This document shows, piece by piece, positions 8,984 to 16,693 of a DNA stretch of 64,000 nucleotides (position 1 is its first letter; every line of letters starts with the position of its first letter). Both the position numbers and the translations under genes were made by a program. The notes under the pieces are model-generated. The model saw only the letters and a program-made list of their open reading frames with translations. It was not told where the DNA came from and made no database searches. Origin of the DNA: Oscillospiraceae bacterium (lineage in GTDB: Bacteria > Bacillota > Clostridia > Oscillospirales > CAG-272); NCBI GenBank assembly GCA_015063325.1, contig SVUK01000006.1, positions 140,654 to 204,653 on the forward strand, written 5' to 3'.

Positions 8984-10773
8984 ACGGGTTCACCCCCTTT
9001 TTTGAACTGCGAATCGTAAATTTCACGGTAAACGGGGCAATTTTTCAAAAGTTCCGCATGCGTTCCAATTCCCACTGCCTGACCGTCCTCCAAAACAAGA
9101 ATCCGGTCGGCGTGCCGGATAGACGCCGTTCTTTGAGAGATGATAAAGACGGTCGGATTTTCGGGCAGGGAGCGCAGAGCGGCGCGCAAAGCCGCTTCGG
9201 TTGCATAGTCCAGAGCCGAAGCACTGTCATCCAAAATCAAAATTTTTGCTTTGCGAACAAGCGCGCGCGCAACGGTCAGGCGTTGGCGTTGACCGCCCGA
9301 AAAGTTTTTGCCGTTTTGCGCCACGGGTGCGTCCAGTCCGCCCTCTTTTTCGGCAACGAAATCTTTTGCCTGCGCCGCTTCCAGCGCCGCCCAAAGATCC
9401 TCGTCGGTCGCATTTTCATTGCCCCAAAGCAGATTGGAGCGAACCGTTCCGCGAAACAAAACCGCTTTTTGCGGAACGACGCCGATTTGCGCGCGCAGCT
9501 TGGAAAGATCCCATGCGCGTACGTCTTTGCCGAGAACGAAGACCGAACCCTCGGTCACGTCGTAGAACCGAGGAATCAGGTTGACCAGCGTGGATTTGCC
9601 CGATCCGGTCGAGCCGATAATGCCGATCACCTCTCCGGCGTTTGCCGAAAAACAAATGTGGGAAAGGGAGGGCGCGGCATTGCCTTCATAGGTCATGGAA
9701 ACGTTTTCAAACGCAACAACAGCGTTGGATTTTGAATTTTTTGGGGGATTTTCAATGGGATTTTTAATGGGATTTTCAGGGAATTTTTCGGGTGTTTTTT
9801 GGGAATTTTCGGGGTATTTTACGGGCATCCCGCCGGGTGTTTCCAGTACGTTTTCCACGCGTTTGGCACTAACCAAGGCTTTGTTGACGATAAAAACGGT
9901 GTTTGCAAATTTGATCAGCTCAATCAGAATTTGCGCCATGTAGTTGGTCAATGCAATAACCGAGCCGGTGGACATTGCTCCGGATTCCACGCGAATCGCA
10001 CCCGAGAGCAACAGCGCGATCAAACCGCCGTCCACCAAAAGAAGGGTGAGCGGATTCATCAGCGCGGAAATATTGCCAACCAGTTTCTGTGCCCGGCGGT
10101 GCTCGCGATTGGCTTTATCAAATCGTTCGGTTTCTTCTTCCTCGCGACGGAATGCGCGAATCACGCGCACACCGGTCAGCGTTTCGCGCGTCAGACCGGT
10201 TACGTGGTCCAAGTCTTTTTGCACGCGGTGGTAGAGCGGAAATCCGATCAAAAGAAGGGTAAAGACGACCGCGGCAAGCAGAGGAATGACAACGACAAAG
10301 ATCAGCGCACCGGTCGTATCCACCGTAAATGCCAAAATCACTGCGCCGAGAACGATGATGGGGGAGCGGAGCAACAGCCGCAGGGTCATATTGATACCGG
10401 ACTGTATCTGATTGACGTCCGACGTCATTCGGGTGATCAGGGTGTCCACGCCGGAACGATCGGTTTCGGCATAGGAAAAACTTTGAATTTTGCAAAACAG
10501 CGCACTTCGAAGCGAGGTCCCGAATCCGACTGCGGCGCGCGCCGCGAAATATTGCGCCGTCAATGCGCAAATCAATCCCACAACTGCAAAAACACAAAGA
10601 ACGCCAATCATTTTCCAAATGTAAGGCTTGTCTTCGTTTTGAATGCCAACGTCAATAATTTGCTTGACAATCAAGGGGACAAGAAGATCGAAACAGGCTT
10701 CCAAAAGCTTGAAGAAAGGAGCAAAAACGGTTTCTTTGCGATATGGTTTTAAAAATGGAAACAGTTTCTTCAT
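8980..10773 (-). CDS. Heterodimeric ABC exporter subunit (TMD-NBD, degenerate-site half)
   Basis: GSTGSGKS, FSGGQRQR, ILDDSASALD (D for the catalytic E), IISQR (Q for the switch H). Start reassigned to 10773. 4-bp overlap with its partner. Confidence 0.93.
   Translation of the reverse strand: MKKLFPFLKPYRKETVFAPFFKLLEACFDLLVPLIVKQIIDVGIQNEDKPYIWKMIGVLCVFAVVGLICALTAQYFAARAAVGFGTSLRSALFCKIQSFSYAETDRSGVDTLITRMTSDVNQIQSGINMTLRLLLRSPIIVLGAVILAFTVDTTGALIFVVVIPLLAAVVFTLLLIGFPLYHRVQKDLDHVTGLTRETLTGVRVIRAFRREEEETERFDKANREHRRAQKLVGNISALMNPLTLLLVDGGLIALLLSGAIRVESGAMSTGSVIALTNYMAQILIELIKFANTVFIVNKALVSAKRVENVLETPGGMPVKYPENSQKTPEKFPENPIKNPIENPPKNSKSNAVVAFENVSMTYEGNAAPSLSHICFSANAGEVIGIIGSTGSGKSTLVNLIPRFYDVTEGSVFVLGKDVRAWDLSKLRAQIGVVPQKAVLFRGTVRSNLLWGNENATDEDLWAALEAAQAKDFVAEKEGGLDAPVAQNGKNFSGGQRQRLTVARALVRKAKILILDDSASALDYATEAALRAALRSLPENPTVFIISQRTASIRHADRILVLEDGQAVGIGTHAELLKNCPVYREIYDSQFKKGGEPV
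9722..9820 (-). repeat. In-frame low-complexity repeat insertion (KYPENSQKTPEKFPENPIKNPIENPPKNSKSN) in the TMD-NBD linker
   Basis: Degenerate ~12-bp units (e.g. ttttcaatggga, tttttaatggga, ttttcaggga) on the + strand. Confidence 0.75.
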
Positions 10774-10930
10774 AAATCCGTTTTTTCCTCCTCTCTCAAA
10801 TTTTTCGCCGTTTCTAAATATAGTATACAATATTTAAAAGAATATATATGAACATACCGTTAATAAATTGAAAAAAACAAAAAATATAAAAGGGCAGAAA
10901 AGCAAAGTAATATTAAAATATTAATATATA

Positions 10931-10966
10931 AAAAAGAGGCGTATGAATTTCATACGCCGTTTTTAA
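10931..10966 (-). terminator. Intrinsic terminator after the yajC / TIGR04086 genes
   Basis: ggcgtatgaa-t-ttcatacgcc hairpin flanked by A and T runs. Confidence 0.75.
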
Positions 10967-10976
10967 ATCATCTGTG

Positions 10977-11432
10977 TTATCCGTGTTTCCGCTTTTTCTT
11001 TCGCGGTTGTTTTGCCTTTTTCAAAACGAAAAGATAGGCGCCGAGAAGCGAGAGCAGAATCATTCCTGCATGGAGCAGTGCCGTTGCGTAGACGGGGAGA
11101 GGGGAGACCGATTTGCGGAAGAAAAGAGAGATTGCAAGGAAAACTGCCGAAAGAACCAGTCCGTTCACCGTTCCTGCCGCCAAAGGCGCGTCGGGACGTA
11201 ATCCTGCCGCAACCATTCCGGCGGCAAGATAGGTAAGCGACGCGGCAACGATTGCAAAGGGGCGGATCAATCTTCCGGGATCGGGGGTCAAATTTGCAAT
11301 CAGAGACGCCAGTAGAATCAGGATTGCGCCAATGCCTGCCGCAATTCCGAAAGCAAGCAAAACCGATTTCCATACGGGGTGAAAAGATGTATTATTTTTC
11401 CTGTTTGTTTTCTTTACATGAGAGCGGTTCAT
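10977..11432 (-). CDS. TIGR04086-family (YrzE-like) four-TM membrane protein
   Basis: Four hydrophobic helices, YLAAGMVAAG and GTVNGLV patterns, Lys-rich C-terminus; downstream of yajC; GGAGGAG RBS before 11432. Confidence 0.7.
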   Translation of the reverse strand: MNRSHVKKTNRKNNTSFHPVWKSVLLAFGIAAGIGAILILLASLIANLTPDPGRLIRPFAIVAASLTYLAAGMVAAGLRPDAPLAAGTVNGLVLSAVFLAISLFFRKSVSPLPVYATALLHAGMILLSLLGAYLFVLKKAKQPRKKKRKHG

Positions 11433-11477
11433 TGTTTCTCCTCCTTCAAAAAATAACCTTTGCACGCTTTTCATTTC

Positions 11478-11506
11478 AGAATATGCGCGCAAAGGTCATT
11501 TTATGC
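11478..11506 (-). promoter_or_regulatory. Possible SigE-type (mother-cell) promoter for the TIGR04086 gene
   Basis: Minus strand gcATA-16 nt-CATAttcT matches the ATA-N16-18-CATAnnnT consensus. Confidence 0.4.
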
Positions 11507-11524
11507 AAGGGGAGAGGGGGACAA

Positions 11525-11815
11525 TCAGTCTGCCGCGTCCTCGGCTTTCACGTCTACGCGAGCAATCGCCGTTTTCAAAATGCGGATCTTGCTGCGCTCG
11601 TGCGCCGTTTCGATCACGCAGGTTTCTTCCTTGATGCTGACGACTTTTCCGATAATACCGCCGATGGTGGTAATTTCATCGCCAACTGTCAAGTTGTTTC
11701 GCATAGCATTTTCTTCTTTTTCCTTTTTCTTTTGCGGACGAATACCGAAAAAGTAGAAAACAACGATCAAAACGACCAGCATAGCCGGCATGAGCCACAT
11801 GGAAAGATTCTCCAT
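11525..11815 (-). CDS. yajC: Preprotein translocase subunit YajC
   Basis: FYFFGIRPQKKKEKE...LTVGDEITTIGGIIGKV. ATG 11815 with GGAGG RBS. Confidence 0.95.
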   Translation of the reverse strand: MENLSMWLMPAMLVVLIVVFYFFGIRPQKKKEKEENAMRNNLTVGDEITTIGGIIGKVVSIKEETCVIETAHERSKIRILKTAIARVDVKAEDAAD

Positions 11816-11846
11816 TTTTGATTCCTCCGTTTGGTTATGATACCTT

Positions 11847-11875
11847 ATTTTACCGCAAAATGGCTTAGGTTGCAA
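11847..11875 (-). promoter_or_regulatory. SigA promoter for yajC
   Basis: Minus strand TTGCAA-17 nt-TAAAAT. Confidence 0.6.
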
Positions 11876-12033
11876 GTCTTTTTTGTAAATTTTTTGTTTT
11901 TTTCAAAATTCTTTTGCTTTCAGCGCAAAAAAAAGACGAAAATTGAAAAAATAAAAGGCAAGCGTTGCTTTTTTTTCGGAATCATGGTATAATGAGAAAA
12001 CAAAGTTTTTTGTATCGTAAAAAAGGAGCGCGC

Positions 12034-12558
12034 ATGAAACACGAATATTTGGAATGCGGTAAGATTATCAATACGCACGGCTTTCGCGGCGCGGTCAAGT
12101 TGGAATCGTTTTGCGACCGTCCGCGCGATCTTGCCGCCCTGCCGTCGTTTTGGTTGGAGGAAAGGGGGATCTATCGTCCGGTCAAGGTCAACAAAGCTTC
12201 GGTCCTGGGCGCGTTTGTCATTGCCGAGTTGGAAGGTGTAACCGACGAGGATCAAGCGAATGCACTGCGCGGTAAAATCGTCTATGCGGCAAGAGCCGAT
12301 CTTGGACTTTCCGAAGGCGCCTTCTTTTTGGCGGATGTGATCGGTCTTCCGGTTAAGCGGATCGGAACGGGCGAAGAACTCGGAACCATCCTTTCGGTGG
12401 ATACGCGAGGGAAAAATGCGCTTTTTACCGTAAAAACGCCGTTCGGCGAGGCGCTTTTGCCCAATGTTCCGGCATTTGTTAAGCTGGTGGATGTTGAGGA
12501 CGCCGTTTATGTGGATCCCATTCCCGGACTTTTGGATGGAGGCGCCGAAAACGTATGA
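12034..12558 (+). CDS. rimM: 16S rRNA processing protein RimM
   Basis: GKIINTHGFRGAVK...FFLADVIGL...IPGLL. ATG 12034 after AAGGAG. Confidence 0.93.
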   Translation: MKHEYLECGKIINTHGFRGAVKLESFCDRPRDLAALPSFWLEERGIYRPVKVNKASVLGAFVIAELEGVTDEDQANALRGKIVYAARADLGLSEGAFFLADVIGLPVKRIGTGEELGTILSVDTRGKNALFTVKTPFGEALLPNVPAFVKLVDVEDAVYVDPIPGLLDGGAENV

Positions 12559-13271
12559 GATTTGATGTTATGACGCTTTTTCCCGATCTTGTAGGAACCG
12601 TTCTTGGCGAGAGCATTCTCGGCAGAGCGCAAAAAAACGGCGCGATGGACGTGCATCTGTTCAATATCCGAGACTATACCGAGGATAAACACCGCCGAGT
12701 AGACGATACTCCTTACGGCGGCGGCAAAGGAATGCTGATGATGGCGCCGCCCATTTGGAACTGTTATCAGGCTGTTCTCAAACAGCAGGAGATCGACGGC
12801 TTTTCGGGGCGACGGAGGGTGATCTATCTTTCCCCTGCCGGAAAGGTTTTAACGCAGAAAAAAGCTGAGGAGCTGGCGCGGAATTGCGATGATTTGATTC
12901 TTCTTTGCGGACATTACGAAGGGGTTGACCAGCGTATTTTGGATGAAATCGTTGATGAGGAAATCTCTATCGGAGATTATGTTCTTACCGGCGGAGAAAT
13001 TCCTGCCTGCATTTTGGTCGATTCGGTTGCGCGCCTCTGTCCCGGTGTTCTTTCGGACCCGGAGTGCTACGAAAAAGAGAGCATCTCATCAGGAATGTTG
13101 GAGTATCCGCAATACACGCGCCCCTATGAATTCCACGGTAAAACGGTTCCGGAAATTCTTATTTCCGGTCACCATGCCAATATTGACGTTTGGCGCGAGG
13201 ATCAGGCACGGCAAAAGACCGAAAAACAGCGCCCTGACCTTTTGGAAAAAGATGAAAATAAGAACGGATAA
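12555..13271 (+). CDS. trmD: tRNA (guanine37-N1)-methyltransferase
   Basis: VDDTPYGGGKGM, LCGHYEGVDQR, SIGDYVLTGGE, LEYPQYTRP. Confidence 0.98.
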   Translation: MRFDVMTLFPDLVGTVLGESILGRAQKNGAMDVHLFNIRDYTEDKHRRVDDTPYGGGKGMLMMAPPIWNCYQAVLKQQEIDGFSGRRRVIYLSPAGKVLTQKKAEELARNCDDLILLCGHYEGVDQRILDEIVDEEISIGDYVLTGGEIPACILVDSVARLCPGVLSDPECYEKESISSGMLEYPQYTRPYEFHGKTVPEILISGHHANIDVWREDQARQKTEKQRPDLLEKDENKNG

Positions 13272-13395
13272 AAGATAAGAACGGATAAAAGAGCTGATAA
13301 AAAACGGATAAAAACGGATAAAAACGGATCAAAAACGGATAAAGAAAACGAATAAAGAAAACAAATAAATAAAACAATTAAAGAAAACAAAAGCA
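13255..13395 (+). repeat. Degenerate A-rich tandem repeat (core AACGGATAAA) starting at the trmD stop codon
   Basis: At least six copies of AACGGAT(A/C)AA, decaying into AAAGAAAAC units. Confidence 0.9.
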
Positions 13396-13447
13396 ACCGA
13401 AAATCCTCTACATATCGTGCGAAAAGTGCGGTATGGGGAGGATTTTT

Positions 13448-15220
13448 ATGATTTGGGAGAAACTGGTTAGTGGTGCCGGAAAGATTCGGGCGAGCGCAGA
13501 AAACGGTTTTTTTGCCCGAACGATGATCGGCAGACCGCGTCCGATTGGGGAGATCGGCAAATTTCGCATTTCCTTTCACCGATCGATTTTGAAAAAAGCC
13601 GAAAATGCACGGTTGCTTTTTCTTCTTTCTCGTTTTTTGAACTTTTTGCTTGGCACGGCGCTGCATTGTTACGGAGTCTTTTTCCTTTCCTTTGGCGGCG
13701 TTGCCTTTTTGATTTTTTTGCTTGTCGGAAATCCGTCGAATTTTGATTTCCTCTCGCTCGGTGTCTTTTTGTCCGGAATTCCGCTATGCTTTTCACGCGA
13801 ACCGCTTGCCGAAGGGCTGGAAAAATCCGATTTCGCGCGGCTGTTTCTTTTTCGCTATTGTGGGTTTGCGGAGTTTCCTCAAAAGGGGCGAAAGGCAGGG
13901 AATACAATTTGGCAATTCTCGTTTGTCGGCGTTGCCGCAGGCGTATTCGGCGCTTTACTCGGCGTGAAATGGATTCTGCTTTTTCTCATCGTCGCAATTG
14001 TTTTGCCGATTGCATTTTGTGTTCCGGAATCAATATTTCCGCCTGTTTTTTTGTTCTTTCCGTTTTTGGGATGGACGGGGCATGCCTCGCTTTTCCTCGG
14101 TATTTTTGCGGTGCTCTCGCTTCTTTTTCGAATTCCGAAACTGCTTTCGGGGCATCGGCAGGATGTATTTGAAAAAAGCGATTTGCTTGTTTTATTATGC
14201 GGACTTTTGCTGGTTTTGGACGGCATAATCAGTGCATCGGGGCTGGATGGAAGAGGCTTTTTGTTATGTATCTATCTGCTATCTGTTTGGTTTGCTTTGC
14301 GCCCTTCTTTAACGGTTCCGAAATGGAGAAATCGCGTGTTTTTCTGCTTTCTTCTTTCCGGTTCGATTTGTTCTGCTATTGGAATTTTGCAGTACTTTTC
14401 AGGAAAAGCGACGATGAAATGGCTGGAGATCGAGCGATTTGACCTTTTGGGTGGGCGCGTGAGCGCCACTTTTTCCAACCCGAATTTTCTTGCGGTTTAC
14501 CTGCTCGTGGTATTCGGCGTTTCGCTTGGATGGATTTTCAAAACCGGAAAAGCTCGTTTTTTTGGCTGGATTCCGCTCCTTCTTTCTGTGGGGTGTTTAA
14601 TCGTTACTTGGACGCGCGGCGCATGGCTCGGTGTACTTGCGGCGAGCGGATTTTATTTGGCGTTTCATTCGGCGTCCACCTTGGCGGCTTTTTTTGTTCT
14701 TCCATTGTCTTTGCCGGGAATTTTTCTTTTTTTGCCGGGGGGAATTCGTGCGCGTTTCGGAAGCATCGGCAATCTTGCCGAAACTTCTTCCCGTTATCGG
14801 ATTGAAACATGGAAAGGGGTGTTGCGGCTGATTGCCGATCATCCGTTCGGTATTGGGAGCGGAGAAGAGACATTTCATCTTGTGTATCCGGCATATGCCG
14901 TTTCGGGAACCGAAAGCGTGATGCACGCGCACAATGTTTATTTGCAAATTGCCGTGGAACACGGTTTGATCGGCGTTTTTCTCTTTTTGTTCCTGATTGT
15001 ATTGCTGTTCCGAAGTTTTTTCGCTTGCAGAATTGGGCGGAATCAATCGGTCGACAGAGGTTTTTTCCTTGGAATTGCCGCAGCAATGGTCGGACTTCTG
15101 ACCATGGGATTTTTTGATCATCTTTGGTATCAACCAACGCTGTTTTATTTGTTTGCAACGCTTGCGGCGGCGCTTTCCGCATTTGCGTTGTCCGAAAGGG
15201 AGAAATTCTATGAAACGTGA
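13448..15220 (+). CDS. O-antigen ligase / Wzy-like polytopic membrane protein
   Basis: Many TM helices; ATFSNPNFLAVYL, TWTRGAWLG, RIETWKG, PFGIGSG and MHAHNVYLQIAVEHGLIG. GGGGAGG RBS before ATG 13448. Confidence 0.88.
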   Translation: MIWEKLVSGAGKIRASAENGFFARTMIGRPRPIGEIGKFRISFHRSILKKAENARLLFLLSRFLNFLLGTALHCYGVFFLSFGGVAFLIFLLVGNPSNFDFLSLGVFLSGIPLCFSREPLAEGLEKSDFARLFLFRYCGFAEFPQKGRKAGNTIWQFSFVGVAAGVFGALLGVKWILLFLIVAIVLPIAFCVPESIFPPVFLFFPFLGWTGHASLFLGIFAVLSLLFRIPKLLSGHRQDVFEKSDLLVLLCGLLLVLDGIISASGLDGRGFLLCIYLLSVWFALRPSLTVPKWRNRVFFCFLLSGSICSAIGILQYFSGKATMKWLEIERFDLLGGRVSATFSNPNFLAVYLLVVFGVSLGWIFKTGKARFFGWIPLLLSVGCLIVTWTRGAWLGVLAASGFYLAFHSASTLAAFFVLPLSLPGIFLFLPGGIRARFGSIGNLAETSSRYRIETWKGVLRLIADHPFGIGSGEETFHLVYPAYAVSGTESVMHAHNVYLQIAVEHGLIGVFLFLFLIVLLFRSFFACRIGRNQSVDRGFFLGIAAAMVGLLTMGFFDHLWYQPTLFYLFATLAAALSAFALSEREKFYET

Positions 15221-15674
15221 AAAAATGCGGTTTGGCTTTTTCGATTGGTGTATTCTTACGCTTGCCGCCGTTCTTTTGGCGGTTGGCGCTTTCCTGTTTT
15301 GGAAACGTGGTGACGCCGCTGTACCAACGGTAGAGGTGGAGTGTCTTTTGCGTTTGCCTGCAAGCAACCAATCCCTTGTGATTGCGGTTGGCGACGAGGT
15401 TCGCAACGAGAACGGAACGATTGCATTCGGCAAAGTGACGAGCATTTCGGAACGTCCTCAAACAACCGTCTTTTTGAAAGAGGGGGAGCCTGTTTACGAG
15501 GCGGTTGAAGGAATGAAGGAAACCGAATTGACCGTTCGTATGACTGCCGAAAAGACGACCGACTACCGTGTGGGCGATATTCGCATTTGCGCAGGTTCGA
15601 GCGGAGCCTACCGGATCGGGTCCTCCTATGTTGCCAATGTTCGGATGATTCGGCTTTCGGAGGTGAAAAAATGA
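15210..15674 (+). CDS. DUF4330-like membrane-anchored protein (paralog 1)
   Basis: N-terminal FGFFDWCILTL TM anchor and a beta-rich body (VGDEVRNENGTIAFGKV...IRICAG). ATG 15210 overlaps the ligase stop. Confidence 0.6.
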   Translation: MKREKMRFGFFDWCILTLAAVLLAVGAFLFWKRGDAAVPTVEVECLLRLPASNQSLVIAVGDEVRNENGTIAFGKVTSISERPQTTVFLKEGEPVYEAVEGMKETELTVRMTAEKTTDYRVGDIRICAGSSGAYRIGSSYVANVRMIRLSEVKK

Positions 15675-16138
15675 TGAAAAATCAAAAGGCACGCGTACGG
15701 ATTTTTGACTTTTTCCTGTTGTTGCTCGTCTTTTTTTCAGTGATTGGATTGACCCAGCGGTTCGGCGCCTTCGGCGCAAACGCAAAAGAATCTCTTTCCG
15801 ATTTTTCGGTCGAATTGCTTTGGGAAAATGTGGACGTGCAAACGGTGGATTGTCTTGCCGTCGGCGAGGAGATCAGAAACGAGAACGGAACGGTATTCGG
15901 TACGGTTAAAGCGATTCGCCGCACGCCCCATGAAGTGCTGATTTACCACGAGGGAAAAGAGTTTCGCAAAAGCTATCCGGAGGGAACGATTGAGGATGTG
16001 CGACTGACCGTTTTGATCTCGGGCAGAAGAAACAATCGGATTTTGCTTCGGGAGGACGGAAGCGCCGTTTTGGTGGGACAGAATTTGCGGCTGTATGCTC
16101 CGCGTGCTGCGCTTTCATTGTGCGTGATTTCTGCATAA
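15671..16138 (+). CDS. DUF4330-like membrane-anchored protein (paralog 2)
   Basis: RIFDFFLLLL anchor; VGEEIRNENGTVFGTV is nearly identical to paralog 1. ATGA overlap. Confidence 0.6.
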   Translation: MMKNQKARVRIFDFFLLLLVFFSVIGLTQRFGAFGANAKESLSDFSVELLWENVDVQTVDCLAVGEEIRNENGTVFGTVKAIRRTPHEVLIYHEGKEFRKSYPEGTIEDVRLTVLISGRRNNRILLREDGSAVLVGQNLRLYAPRAALSLCVISA

Positions 16139-16231
16139 GCAAATTCCGATTTTTCGGTCTGTTTTCTCGTTTTTCTTGCGTTTTGCACGAAAATTTCGTT
16201 TTACAGATTCAAAAATAGGTTAGATTGACTA

Positions 16232-16260
16232 TTGAAATGAAAAATTTTTTTTGATATAAT
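16232..16260 (+). promoter_or_regulatory. SigA promoter for ptsH
   Basis: TTGAAA-17 nt-TATAAT with extended -10 TG. Confidence 0.7.
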
Positions 16261-16324
16261 ACTATTAATAATCTATCGGATTTTCTGCATTTTTGCGAAA
16301 AAACGATCTTATAGGAGCATTCTT

Positions 16325-16591
16325 ATGATCTCACGCGACGTTACCATTTCCAATTCGAGCGGTCTCCACGCAAGACCGGCGACCTTTTTTGTTCAAAAAG
16401 CAAATCACTTCGCCTGCGCCATTTCTGTGGAAAACGGGGATCGGAAAGTGAACGCCAAAAGTTTGCTTGGCGTGCTTTCGCTTGGAATTGCCCAAGGGAT
16501 GACCATTACTTTGACGGCGGACGGAGCCGGCGAAGAAGAGGCGCTGGAGGCTATGATCGAACTGATTAACAGCGGATTTGCAGATCTTTGA
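16325..16591 (+). CDS. ptsH: Phosphocarrier protein HPr
   Basis: GLHARPA (His15) and VNAKSLLGVLSLG (Ser46). Confidence 0.96.
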   Translation: MISRDVTISNSSGLHARPATFFVQKANHFACAISVENGDRKVNAKSLLGVLSLGIAQGMTITLTADGAGEEEALEAMIELINSGFADL

Positions 16592-16615
16592 TCCGTTGCG
16601 TTGAGAAATGAAATG

Positions 16616-16672
16616 ACGGCGTGCGCCGGAGACTGACTCAAACCGTTCTCCAGGAGGCACGCCGCTTTTTTC
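16616..16672 (+). terminator. Long hairpin plus U-tract between ptsH and uvrC
   Basis: cggcgtgc..ggaga...tctcc..gcacgccg followed by cttttttc. Confidence 0.65.
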
Positions 16673-16693
16673 AGCGAAAGGAGGATAACAACC

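Noticed and set aside
13255-13395. Possible CRISPR array in the repeat tracts (also 26693-26775, 47966-48050, 49900-50134)
   Set aside because: Units are 8-22 bp and directly tandem or hairpin-linked, with no unique ~30-40 bp spacers, and there are no cas genes in the window.
16592-16693. LexA box upstream of uvrC
   Set aside because: No GAAC-N4-GTTC match; only a terminator-like hairpin is present.
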